From NCBI GenBank assembly GCA_002269645.1, contig NIVC01000197.1, positions 186,001 through 250,000 of the forward strand: 64,000 nucleotides of DNA. Reading direction: 5' to 3'. Source of the stretch: Macrostomum lignano (Eukaryota). Shown here piece by piece: positions 46,515 to 58,760 of the stretch. A program made the position numbers and the translations under genes. Numbering within the stretch: the first letter of the stretch is position 1; every line of letters begins with the position of its first letter. The notes below the pieces were generated by a model that saw nothing but the letters and a program-made list of their open reading frames with translations, had not been told where the DNA came from and searched no databases.

Positions 46515-48170
46515 AATTCTACCTGAGCTACTGGTCTAATTCTACCTGAGCTAATGAGCTATTCCTGCCTAAGCTACTGTCTCAGTACCTGAGCTACTGA
46601 CCCAATTCTACCTGAGCTACTGATCTAATTCTACCTGAGCTACTGAGAAAATTCTACCTGAGCCACTGACCCAATTCTACCTGAGCTACTGGTCTAATTC
46701 TACCTGAGCTAATGAGCTAATCCTGCCTAAGCTACTGTCTCAGTACCTGAGCTACTGACCCAATTCTACCTGAGCTACTGAGAAAATTCTACCTGAGCTA
46801 CTGACCCAATTCTACCTAAACTACTGGTTTAATTCTATCTGAGCTACTGACCCAATTCTATCTGAGCTACTGACCCAATTCTACCTGAGCTACTGAGAAA
46901 ATTCTACCTGAGCTACTGACCCAATTCTACCTAAACTACTGGTTTAATTCTATCTGAGCTACTGACCCAATTCTACCTGAGCTACTGAGAAAATTCTACC
47001 TGAGCCACTGACCCAATTCTACCTGAGCTACTGGTCTAATTCTACCTGAGCTAATGAGCTAATCCTGCCTAAGCTACTGTCTCAGTACCTGAGCTACTGA
47101 CCCAATTCTACCTGAGCTACTGAGAAAATTCTACCTGAGCTACTGACCCAATTCTACCTAAACTACTGGTTTAATTCTATCTGAGCTACTGACCCAATTC
47201 TACCTGAGCTACTGAGAAAATTCTACCTGAGCTACTGACCCAATTCTACCTAAACTACTGGTTTAATTCTATCTGAGCTACTGAGAAAATTCTACCTGAG
47301 CTACTGAACCAATTCTACCTGAGCTACTGGTCCAATTCTACCTGAGCTACTGAACCAATTCTACCTGAGCTACTGGTCCAATTCTACCTGAGCTACTGAA
47401 CCAATTCTACCTGAGCTACTGGTCCAATTCTACCTGAGCTACTGACCCAATTCTACCTAAACTACTGGTTTAATTCTATCTGAGCTACTGACCCAATTCT
47501 ACCTGAGCTACTGAACCAATTCTACCTGAGCTACTGGTCCAATTCTACCTGAGCTACTGACCCAATTCTACCTAAACTACTGGTTTAATTCTATCTGAGC
47601 TACTGACCCAATTCTACCTAAACTACTGGTTTAATTCTATCTGAGCTACTGAGAAAATTCTACCTGAGCTACTGAACCAATTCTACCTGAGCTACTGGTC
47701 CAATTCTACCTGAGCTACTGAACCAATTCTACCTGAGCTACTGGTCCAATTCTACCTGAGCTACTGAACCAATTCTACCTGAGCTACTGGTCCAATTCTA
47801 CCTGAGCTACTGACCCAATTCTACCTAAACTACTGGTTTAATTCTATCTGAGCTACTGACCCAATTCTACCTGAGCTACTGAACCAATTCTACCTGAGCT
47901 ACTGGTCCAATTCTACCTGAGCTACTGACCCAATTCTACCTAAACTACTGGTTTAATTCTATCTGAGCTACTGACCCAATTCTACCTGAGCTACTGAACC
48001 AATTCTACCTGAGCTACTGGTCCAATTCTACCTGAGCTACTGAACCAATTCTACCTGAGCTACTGACCCAATTCTACCTGAGCTACTGAACCAATTCTAC
48101 CTGAGCTACTGAACCAATTCTACCTGAGCTACTGAACCAATTCTACCTGAGCTACTGAACTAATTCTATC
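46515..48170. repeat. About 23-bp minisatellite (aattctacctgagctactgaccc) with higher-order blocks
   Basis: Direct reading. Confidence 0.93.
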
Positions 48171-48506
48171 AGCCGAGGTACCGAAATTTAGGACTGAAAC
48201 TTACATGTTCGCAGGCAAAAATATTTTACATTGCTGTTGTCACTTAATTAAAATAAATTATAAAGCCCTCTTATCCCTCTTATAGTCCATGCGTGCGGTA
48301 AATTCCAATCTATCTATCTATGGCTAAAACCAGAAGAATGCTTTGCCAAGACTATTTACGCACTCGAAACCTAGAGATAAATCTACCAATGTTGCACGCT
48401 CCAAATATGTCTATGGCCCAAAGATCTGGGCAGTTTAGAGCAGTGAAGAGACGGGCAAGGCCAAGCCAAGCGAGGTCAGCGAGTTTGCGGCCAAAAAGCT
48501 GTCATC

Positions 48507-50054
48507 ATGATTTACGAAGCATCAACGGGCGAGCCTATTGGATTGCTGCATATGTCGCAAGGAGATGTCGTTGGTTTGTCGTCTTCTGAGATTGACGAGC
48601 GAATCTGGCGGGAGGCGACTATGCAAGGCATGCTGGACGATCTGGCTCAGTTGGATGTGAATGAAATCAAGGTGCTGTTAGCTGGTCAAGATCCGGAACG
48701 AGACTTGCTCAGGGAGATGGATGTAATGCAACTCGACACTACGCCAAAGTCAGCTCTGTTGCAAGAAAAGTGGGCACTTCGTAAGTTCAACGAGGTGCTT
48801 TCAAGCGAGGTGCTTTCAGACTACGCCTGCGATCTGAATACAGCCGATATCGAACAGTTTGTCACTGGCTTGCGAATCTTCTATGTTAGCTGGTCAGTTT
48901 AGAGTGAAGAGTTCTACTATGCTTTTGTTCGTAAAATTGACGGTGGCTTCTATGCGCTTGCTTCGTTGATTACCGCTCGAGCTGGTGTTTTCCGCTATTT
49001 GCTGCGTGTCCGTGACGTTAATATTATCGAGGATCCGCGCTTTGCAAAGGCCAACATGCAATTGAAGGCTACAGCCGCCATGTTCATCAGATCAGGCGGC
49101 ACCGTCAGATAGTTCTGCGCCTTGGAGACAGAGGATCTAGAAAAGCTGCGCCGCTACTTCGATCGAAGTAGCCCGACCATTTTGCAGCAGGAGGTCTACT
49201 ATGTATTAGCCTTGCAGTTTGGCTTGCGTGGACGCGAATGGTTCCGTAAGCTAACTACGGATTCTATTGAGAGATGCAACATCAATGGGCGACGCACATT
49301 CAGGCTGGCATCAATGGAAACCAAGACTGTTCGAGGAAGTTTAAAAGCGCGGACCTCAGAAGATAGGAAGCAGAGTGCGATTGTCGAAACCTTTGAAATA
49401 GGATGCCCCTACGAGTGTGTTGAGCTTTACCTGAGCAGGATCGAAGAGGCCAAGAGAAAAGAGGGAGTGTCGAGCTCCGTTGTGTTCATACGTCCCCGAG
49501 TACGCGGCTTTGCAGAGTCGTGGTATTTTGCTAAGCAGGTTGTAGGCGTCAAGACTCTTGGGAACATGATGAGTGGCATCTCCAAAGCGGCTAATTTGAG
49601 CAAGATTTATACTGGCCACTGTCTAAGAGTCACCCTGGCAACCGAGTTGAGTGCAGCTGGAGTGTCCCTGAGGGATATCAGCGCTGTAACGGGACACAAA
49701 ACTGAAACAGCTGCACAAAGGTACATTCGGAACAGCAGAAAGCGTGACGGAGAGATGGCTGGGCTGTCTGTAAGGATCAGTTCCATCGGCGAGGAAAAGA
49801 GCGCAAGGATAGAGATCCCGCACGACGAGGTGCGTGTGCCGACGCCCGGCTCAGAGGTACCGGCTGATGCGTTGCTACCGGAGACCAGTGCTCAGGCCGA
49901 TGTGCGACAGCAATCATCTACAGCCACGAGGGCTAGAACGGCAGATGCAAACGTTGGCTACAGCTATATCGGGCACATTCAACAACTGCCAATTCCACGT
50001 GCATATTTCGAACATGCCTTGATCCGGCGTACAGCTTGGACCGATTTATACTAA
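48507..50054 (+). pseudogene. Crypton-like tyrosine recombinase (DUF3504/KCTD1/ZMYM-related), one frame with two TAG stops
   Basis: VRKIDG..Y..SL..RAG..RYL, GLRGRE, ETKT, TGHCLR, VTGHK, QRYIR; stops at 48900 and 49110 in the same frame. Confidence 0.85.
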
Positions 50055-50112
50055 ATCCGTTGATTGTTTTGTTCATATTAGGTTTTTATAAATGTTACAA
50101 ACTTGTTTTCTC

Positions 50113-50254
50113 ATATTAAGTTTTTATAATGTTCAACTGCTAAATATAGCATTAAGTAGTTAGTTCAGACGTTGGCTTCGGCCAGACATTCAAAGCGTGC
50201 AACAATCTGGCTTGATTGCTATACCCCTAAAAACCCCTCCAAAATGATACAATG
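50113..50254. repeat. Left arm of 142/144-bp inverted repeat (partner 52499-52642)
   Basis: Near-identical reverse complement; 2-bp deletion in left copy. Confidence 0.9.
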
Positions 50255-50839
50255 CGTTATGGCTCTATTTCTAGCATACCTATGGTGTTTGGTAGCTAAA
50301 TAAGAATTAATTCAGACAGTTATTTTCTTCACCGAATTACTTCATCAAATATTGTTTGCTGTCACGCTGATCGATCGCTGCAGCAGATACATGCATTTAG
50401 AACACGCAAATTTGAATGTTTGAATTTCAATATATAGAGTACAATTCTTTATCACCAGGCTGGAGTTGATCGTCGTTTGTGTAGGCAGCGCCTACTATCA
50501 TTGGCGTTGGGTTGTTTGTTAGCGGCTGCGCCGCGTGACTCAATCGCTATATATACATATATATATCTTCCCCCTGCGCAAGTACAATATCAAATGTGCA
50601 TGATGCGACTTTAGCCACCACCCTGACTCAGTTCAATTCAGCCAATAAAATATACTGATCGCTATTATTCTCGCCTGCAAGCTTTCGGCAACTATCGACA
50701 ACAAGCGTGCAGTCTAGTCTCGTTTCACTCGCTACAGTGGCATGGCAAAGCAACCGCACCCAACGCGGAATGGTCACAAATTACATCGCTCTAACGCCTC
50801 CTGAATACATTTGTCATCTCCGACGAACCTCACAATGCT

Positions 50840-52185
50840 GGCAAGCGCTGTCATGAATAGGCAGTGCGCTTCACAGACTTTATCAAGGCGTCCGGAGTTG
50901 CAAATGAGAACCAGAAGTGCAAGCTGCTCTGCTACACTGCCGGAAAGGAGCTCTCGGGCATCGTTCGCGAGCTGCCAAAGCTTTGGGTTGTAGGTGAACA
51001 GGAGGAGCACACACGGGTCAGCATATTTGATGGACTGAAGCGCCATTTCGACGACAGGAAAACATCGTTTTCGAGAGATACCAATGTTCTCTAAAGCGTC
51101 CAACAATAATCGGCCGTGAAAAATCGAGGCAGCTGCATGGTACAGCAGACTGCGGACGGCAGCCGAACCTTGCGAATTTAATTCACTCAGCTCGTCGCGA
51201 CATGCACCTCCGACAAACTGCGCAGACGACCACATGTACTCCAAGAAGCAGACGTCACGTACGTTGGACGATGCCCTGCGGAAGGCCAGAGCATTCGAAT
51301 CTGCGGAAGAGCAGGCTGCTGAGATGAAGAAGACCCCCGACGCCTAGGTACAAATGTAGGTAGCGTAGCCAGGAGCAGCAAAGCAGCGACAGGCAGACGC
51401 GGATCCGCCAGCAAACCGAGATCAAAGCCGAGCCAGTTGCCGACCTGCTACCGCTGCGGCGAGCGCGGCCACGCCACCTGCGACGCAGCCATATGCAGGG
51501 GCAATATCTGCAACAACTGCGATAAGCCAAATCAACATGGCCAAGGCGTGTCGTCAACCGCACTCAGCCGGCAGCAGAGTCCCGCAGCAGATCCACGTCA
51601 ACGCAGACTGCACGGTCCCCGACGCTGTCGCCAGCGAAGACCTGTTCACCCTGCACAGAGACGGCACCTTCCCGGGTGAGGAAGTGGGAAGTCGGTAGCT
51701 CTCGATGCTGATCGACAGCGGCGCCAGCTGCAGCATACATGTAATGAGCAGCCGCACTTTTAAGACGCTCAATTGGCCTCACCTGCGAGCTCCATTGTCG
51801 GAAGTCAGAGCCTACAGAGCTCTGTGCACCACTCAATATTTTAGGAATCGCCGACCTGGAAGTTCAAGTCGGAGCAGCCAGTACCGTCGTCCCCTTCCAC
51901 ATCATGGATGGCGATGGTCGCACAATACTCGGTTGCAATCCCGCATTCAGGCTCGGAGATCTCAAAACTCAGTACCCGGAGTTCAGTGGACGCCAATTAA
52001 GCAGCACCTGCACCACGACAGACTAGACGCCTGTCTTCACCACCTCCGCGAATTCAGCAGCGTCACGCTGAACAAGGACAAGTGTAAGTTCGCCAAACCG
52101 GGGGTCGAATTTCTCGGGATGCACCTGTCAGACAAGGGCATCCAACCAGCTGCTGAGAAAATTTGCGCAATTGTTCATTCTTTTG
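50840..52185 (+). mobile_element. Heavily deleted Gypsy remnant (gag, zinc knuckle, protease, RT fragment)
   Basis: CYRCGERGH, LIDSGAS, LNKDKCKFAKPGVEFLG. Confidence 0.8.
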
Positions 52186-52498
52186 ATTGACCATAGACAA
52201 ATTTGAAGTCGAAGGGAAAGCGATTTTAGACAGAATCATGTCTTACTTAACCAGATGGAATACATGTATGTCATAGCGAAGAAACTGCTTGTATATCATT
52301 CTGCGTCACAACGGAAGGAAACAAATGAAGTATTGTTGCACGCTCAGACTACTTTATTGTTGCACGCTCCAAATGTCTATGGGTAATAGCTGCGCCCAAA
52401 ATAATACAATGCCAGTGGAGAATGGCTATATCGTGCACCAATGTTTTTGACCGAGGGCGCGCAGCTACTAGCTAAAACAGCTAAAACAGTTACTACAT

Positions 52499-52642
52499 CA
52501 TTGTATCATTTTGGAGGGGTTTTTAGGGGTATAGCAATCAAGCCAGATTGTTGCACGCTTTGAATGTCTATGGCCGAAGCCAACGTCTGAGCTAACTACT
52601 TAATGCTATATTTAGCAGTTGAACATTATAAAAACTTAATAT
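52499..52642. repeat. Right arm of inverted repeat (partner 50113-50254)
   Basis: See left arm. Confidence 0.9.
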
Positions 52643-54930
52643 ATGGCGCAACCAGAAATTTGGGAGCGGATTCTAAAGAGGGTAAAAGAACCAAAAGGAC
52701 CGGGGGCGGAGGGGATGGCTCTAAATTTTGGCGAATATGCGCTTGGTCCGCCTTTCATTTTTCAGGTCTCCGCCAAAAAGGTGGCGGTCCCCGCCCCTCC
52801 TAGTTGCGCCACAGCATTAAAGGGATTAAAGAGTAATGTATTCAAGGTAAACGCAATGTCAAGATTACGTTTAGATTTACTTTTTGGAAAATCGTTTACT
52901 ACGACTACGAGCAATATTTAAAATATTTCAAGACATTTTGATCAAAACGAAATCCATGATATATATAGGAGGACTTCAGTGTTCACTCACAAGTTGTCAG
53001 TACTTTTAAACTAAATTTAATCACGCAGCTTGACTGTAGCGTTGTGTGCTTTGCCTAGGTTTCACCGAGTCAATCTATTTTCTAATCTTTAATTAATGTC
53101 AGAAATAGGTATGGTATGGACGATAATATCTAGTGAATCTGTGCTTTTTTACTCAGTAATATTTCTCTATCTAGAAGTGTAAATCTACGTCTCTAGTCTA
53201 ATTTTTAACAAGGCCTAAGTCAAAGTTCTTAGTTCTTTCTAACTAACTATCAGCTAGTAATTATGATTATGAAATAATTTTGATGCAATAATAGTGACGA
53301 CCTAGTAAAGTTAATTCTAAGCCTAACTACACCTAAAACCAAATTTAAAGTAATGACAATGTAAATGAAAATGGAACAGTTTAGGCCTAATAGGCCTACT
53401 TTTTTAATTTTTAATATGCCACTGGCATCATATTCTAGAATCTAGACCCAAATCTAATAGTATGTATGTAGGCCTAACACATTAAATTATCTGCTTTTTA
53501 TTAGCTAGTAGGCATATGACTATCTCCTTAGATATGTGATATGTGACTGTCTAGTCTAGAGTATATGTATTTTTTGAGTTAAAGTATGATTAGACTACCT
53601 ATATTCTATGGTATAGGCTAATTTGACCTAATTAATTGAATCAAATTTCCATTGTTGAATTTTTGCTAAAGTGCATAGGTTATAATAAGAAAATATGATG
53701 TTAATATCTTTGAATCTAAAATTATACCATAGTAAGCTCATTGTAAATTTATTATAATATTGAGCCTTCTCTAATATGAAATGTTCTTTAGGTTGATGAA
53801 AAGGTTGGACAATATTGAATTTTCAATTTCAAAAAAGTATTTTTTTGACAATATGATATGAGATACAATTGAGATTTTGAGATACTTTATTCAGATAAAA
53901 CAAAGCTAATTTAAAGAATTTAAAGAATTGAAAAAAATAGATTTCTTTTTACAAAATTTCTATATTCAAAAACAACTTTAAACTTTGTGCACTTTTGTTA
54001 AAAAATCATAACCTTTAATTTGTAAACAGCATGGACATTTTTGGGTGTATATTATTTTTCCAAACATGGCTAAATCCTTTAATGAGTTGTTTTTTGGCAC
54101 TAATTTGATTCATATTAAATTCAATGTGTTTATATTAACTTCTAAGTAATCTATGCTATATTCAGAAGATTAATATTCAACCTAAGGCTCTTTATTTTAC
54201 TTTATTTTATATCTTAGATTCTTGACATTTTTAAAAATCATGATTCAACTGAGATTCAATCAGAAAAAAGTCGAAATCTTAAATATTAATTGCAAAATTG
54301 AGATCTTGTCTAACCTCTATCTTTATTTGTAGATTTATACTTTTATCAAAGCTAGGTAGGCCTAATATAGCAATGCAAAACCAATCTATTGTGCCGGGGG
54401 TTAGGCCTACCATTGTCTTATTACATAAAATCCTTAAAGCTATCTCATCAATATCATTAAGCTATGCTAGGCCTAAGGCTAATACTTCTCTATCATAATA
54501 AGTCCTAAAATCTATTATAAAAAGTGTCTTAAATCTATTTTTTATATTGCACTTTAATTTCTATGATTGCACTTTGTAACTCTGGTCTTAGTATACTTTT
54601 GGTGCCATCTTAGTTAGTGATGGACTAAGTATAGATTTTTGCAAGTTTCCTAAACTGAATCCAAATGTACAAAAATTCCAAATCTGAATATCCAAATATG
54701 TTTCCAAATATAAGCAAACGTAAAAAGTGAATGGAAGGAATAATTATGACACTTTTAAATAATAAAAATACCTTATTATCTAATTAATTATCAACACAAG
54801 CAACTAGTTAATGAAAACAGTCTCTCATCCCAGTGAGCTTTGGGGTTGGAATATTATAATATAAGGTGCTGGCAAGTTGCAGTAATTGGCCATGGCCACC
54901 CTATTTTTTTAGAAGTACCAATCCATATAT

Positions 54931-55270
54931 GCACAACCTTAGGAATCACCTGGCTGCATCTATTGGCAACACACACATGTAAGTCGCTTTTGGCTGAGAA
55001 TATACATGCGCAACCTTGGGAATCACTCGGCCATTTCTATTGGCAACATACATATTTAAGTCGCTATTGGCTGAGAGCAATCACGTGACTATTATTCTGT
55101 CTAATAGTGACTTACATGTGTGTGTTGCCTATAGAAACAGCCGGGTGAATCCCTAGGTTGTACCCAAACATAGCTGAGAAGCAGTCACGTGACTATTATT
55201 TTGTCCAATAGCAACTTACATGTGTGTGTGTTGCTAATAGAAATGGCTAGGTGAATCCCTAGATTGCACC
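54931..55270. repeat. Fold-back structure: two direct plus two inverted copies of an about 65-70 bp unit
   Basis: A1 54931-54999, A2 55008-55076, inverted B1 55101-55164, B2 55205-55270. Confidence 0.8.
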
Positions 55271-55899
55271 CAAGCATGTACCAATCAAACCTATCTTCTG
55301 GCCATAGGCTGGTTCATAGCCCTCACTGTTCAATAGAGCCATTTGGCCATGTCTTATAGGATGGCTACCACCTTTGATATGCTAAACTACTCTTGGAGCT
55401 GTCTGTCTTAGATATGACCATACTTGCAAGCTCTATAGAAATCTCTAACATTGATCTAGCTTAAAAAAGGCAATCTTAAGCAAGAATTGCTCAATATAGT
55501 GCCAGATTTTCTTAACCCCTAAGCTGTTTATAGTAATTAGACTATGTACTACTATGTAATAGTCTTTAGGTTTTTGTTTGAGTGCTAAAGCCTTTGCCCT
55601 TTGGCAAGGTGCCTCTATAGAGTTAGCAGCTTTGTTGGTGCTTCCTTGCCAAGGTGTGATGTCATGGCTGTAGGCTGATTTACTTGGCTGATATATTGGA
55701 GCTTAAGACTTCTAGGAAGGGCCTAATGGTAGTGCAGATGGCAGCATTGTGATCTATTGTGTCTTGGCTAATGTCAAGGTTGCTATAGATCCCTTTATAA
55801 CATATTATTGCATTGGTATAGCCACATACAAACCTTAGAGATTTAGATATTTAAGATTGCTTCTATTCTAGGCCTTCCACTTTTATCTGTCAGCATAGC

Positions 55900-57620
55900 A
55901 ATGAGGTTGGAATGGCCTCTTATTGGTGCTAGGCATCTTCAGCATTGTAGGGTAGCAGGGTAGAGCCTCATTCTTATTTATGCCTTATTGAACCTCAGGT
56001 TTGCCAAGTAGTTCTTGAAAAATGTCTATGGAATTGTCATATTAGGCTATTAGCAATCTTATAGCAGTCTTGTTATAAAGAATCGATGTAATATAAGATC
56101 TCCAAAGCTTGCAAGGGCTTGCATTTATAGCCTGGTTGACTAAAAATTGGACTATATCATTGTGTTCCTCCTTGCACCTTAGGTGGGGTATACCAGAATT
56201 GACAGATTTTCTATTTATGTTTATAACTTTTTTTAGATATTTTAATGAGCAATATGTCTAATTAAGGATAAAATTTTGTAGATTATTATGATATTTGCAG
56301 ATTCACTTTTTGTGCATGTCAGTTTTTATAAGCAGATAACTATTACTAACATGAAATTTTTATAGATTGCTTATTTGCTTGCATGTCTTTTGACTAGTGG
56401 CCTGACTTTGACATGGCACCTAGTGGCCTATAATATTTTGTCTTGCACAGTATTCAAGAAATTATGAAACAATTGCTTTTCTACTCCCAGTGATCTTAGT
56501 CTAGATAGTGTATCTGCCTCAGGTATCTCCATAGATTGATAGCATTTGATAAAATACTTGTATTTGGCTCAATACTGAATTCTAGTGTTCACCAAGATAT
56601 ATTTTAATGACATGATGATTAGTGAGCAAGGTAAACTTCTCAGAAAACAAGTATTTACCCAGCTTTTTGACAGCCCAAACAATGGCCAAGGCTTTGTGCT
56701 CAATTTGTATAGTTTCTTTCCACTTTGCTTGGGATTTTCAAAATATAAAGAACACAACCATTAGACTGCTCTAGCATGGCACCTAGACCAAATGGTGAAG
56801 TGTCTGTTTTCAGCTTGATGTTTTATCATGAGGGTTGAACAGCTTGCTGATATCCACATTCAGAATCCTTCATTTAATTGCACTAAATGCTGCACTTTTT
56901 TGAGACCCCAGTGCCATTTTTCATTCTATTGCACAAAGTAAGCAAGGGGTTCCTTTATGGTGAAAAGGTTGCAGACCAGGCCCAAAGAGGCCATAGTTCC
57001 TTCATAGATTTAGGCTCTTCAATTCCTCTGATTGCTTCCATTTTGTCTAGTGATGATATCTTGCCTTCACCACTGATGCTTAAGCCTAGATGCTTGACTG
57101 CCATTTATTCTAGTTATTTGAAACAGTATTTGTCTTTAGAATCCATGTAATAAATTTCAGTTGTTCATTGTGTTCTGATTATATTCTACTGAGCACAAGA
57201 ATGTTATCCTGATATAATTAACAATCAGTTTTTCTTGTTCACTAAAAGCCAGTCCATGTATCCTTGAAAGATAGCAGGTGCTTGCTTGACTCTAAAAAAG
57301 GCCAATGTCTGTGGTTGATATAGGCCAAAAGGTGTACTAAAAGTTAGTATCTAACTTTGTAAAGACCCTTAAGTAAATTTAGCTGTCACCCCAGAAGATG
57401 CATAGAGTGGACACATTGCTGCTATCACTGATGACAATAGATAGCTTTGAAACAACACTGCTAGTCTTGGTCTTTATGTCTTTACTTTCCTCCTTTGAAA
57501 CAACAATTCCGATTATGTCAACAAATCCATAAAATGTTAAATTGGCCAATTTATAAAAAAACTTTGCAACATAGATTTCATGAGAATGAAATTGTGTCTT
57601 TTTTAAGGTTAGTTTAGTCA
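55900..57620 (-). mobile_element. Ancient CpG-depleted Gypsy pol relic
   Basis: Minus-strand RNase H segments DTSPFGLGAMLEQ (56767-56805) and KALAIVWAVKKLGKYLFSEKFTLLTNH (56600-56700); RT-like KMEAI..P near 57030; boundaries approximate. Confidence 0.7.
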
Positions 57621-58023
57621 TATGCTTCTTTTTTCAAAAAAGCACTTTTAACAGTTGAGGGCGCTTTCAAAAATTGTTCCTTTCTGTTTGAACTTGCTTT
57701 GAAAAATACTTTGAAAACTATGTTCAAATTCTTGCAAAGAAACAAACTTATAAAATTTAGTTGCTAAATTTATTTTTAGTATTTAAAATAAAAATTAGAA
57801 GACACTTAAGATTTTTTCTAGATTATTAGTCAGGAGGTCAGGAGTCATTTCCCCCTTCTCATTGAAAAATCTGTCCTATGGTGCTAAAATAGAAGTGGGA
57901 TATTTTTTCTGTGGAATTCTGCCTTCTTGAAATAGTAATAATTTTCTGTTACACAATTCACAGCCTCTATAAAAATCTACTTTCATGCTTTCAGTTGGAT
58001 AAAACTGTTTCGACAGAGAAGCA

Positions 58024-58760
58024 ATGGAGGTAGACGAGCTTGGAAGCGGCGGTGGAAGTAGCGGCGACCCCGAGAACCAGTTGGTTAACATGTTCAGTAG
58101 CATGGCTACAGAGGACAAGGACAATCTAGTCAAGGCGCTGCAGGCCATTGTGGGCACCAGCGTCAGTCCGGCCAATTGCCAATTCTTTCTGGAGCTGGCC
58201 AACTGGAACCTCAGTGGCGCCATTGGGGCTTATTACGATTTCGACTTCTCACAGCAGCAGCAGCAGCCGCAGCAGCAGCAGCAGCTTCTTCGGCAAGATC
58301 TTGTCGCAACTGACACGTCTGGTCCTCGGTTGGCCATTCTATCCTGCGAGGCTGTCGTCTGCGAGGACAGCAGCCTGGCCGTGTCGTGCACTGTCTACAA
58401 CGAATCAACAAACGATTGCCCGCCAGGCTGTCGGTTGGTGTGCTGCCCGGAGTCCGCCGACGCTAGTGGAGGTGCCTACTTGTGCGAACCCTGTCAGCTA
58501 CCCATTATGCGGCCTGGCAGCAACTGCAGCTGCCGTTTTATCTTGCCGCCGTTATCGGCCGGGGCGCTGAACGATTTGGCCAATCCTGGCAGGCGGGTTC
58601 GGCTGCGCTTAGTTGCGCCGACGGTCTGCCGCTGACCCTGCCGGCCTCTACTCGATGTTTAGATTTAGTCGATCTGGCAATGAGAGGGCGCGGCGGCGCT
58701 GAATCTGGCGCCTGCGCCGATGCAGCCAGCCGACCTGGCGCCGATTCGCCTGTTGCTGTG
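58024..58760 (+). CDS. ILRUN: ILRUN/C6orf106-like protein, main exon (UBA-like plus divergent NBR1-FW domain), apparent 1-nt frameshift near 58618
   Basis: EDKDNLV..CQFFLELANWNLSGAIGAYYDF matches ILRUN (DKDVL..CAFFLDMTNWNLQAAIGAYYDF); -1 frame continues to donor gtaagt at 58761. Confidence 0.8.

Noticed and set aside
15525-48170. Arrays as possible CRISPR loci
   Set aside because: Units abut or vary only in homopolymers and SNPs; no unique spacers, no cas genes, eukaryotic context.
48897-49115. TAG readthrough or recoding in the tyrosine recombinase
   Set aside because: Host genes here use TAA, TGA and TAG as ordinary stops; nonsense mutation in a dead transposon is simpler.
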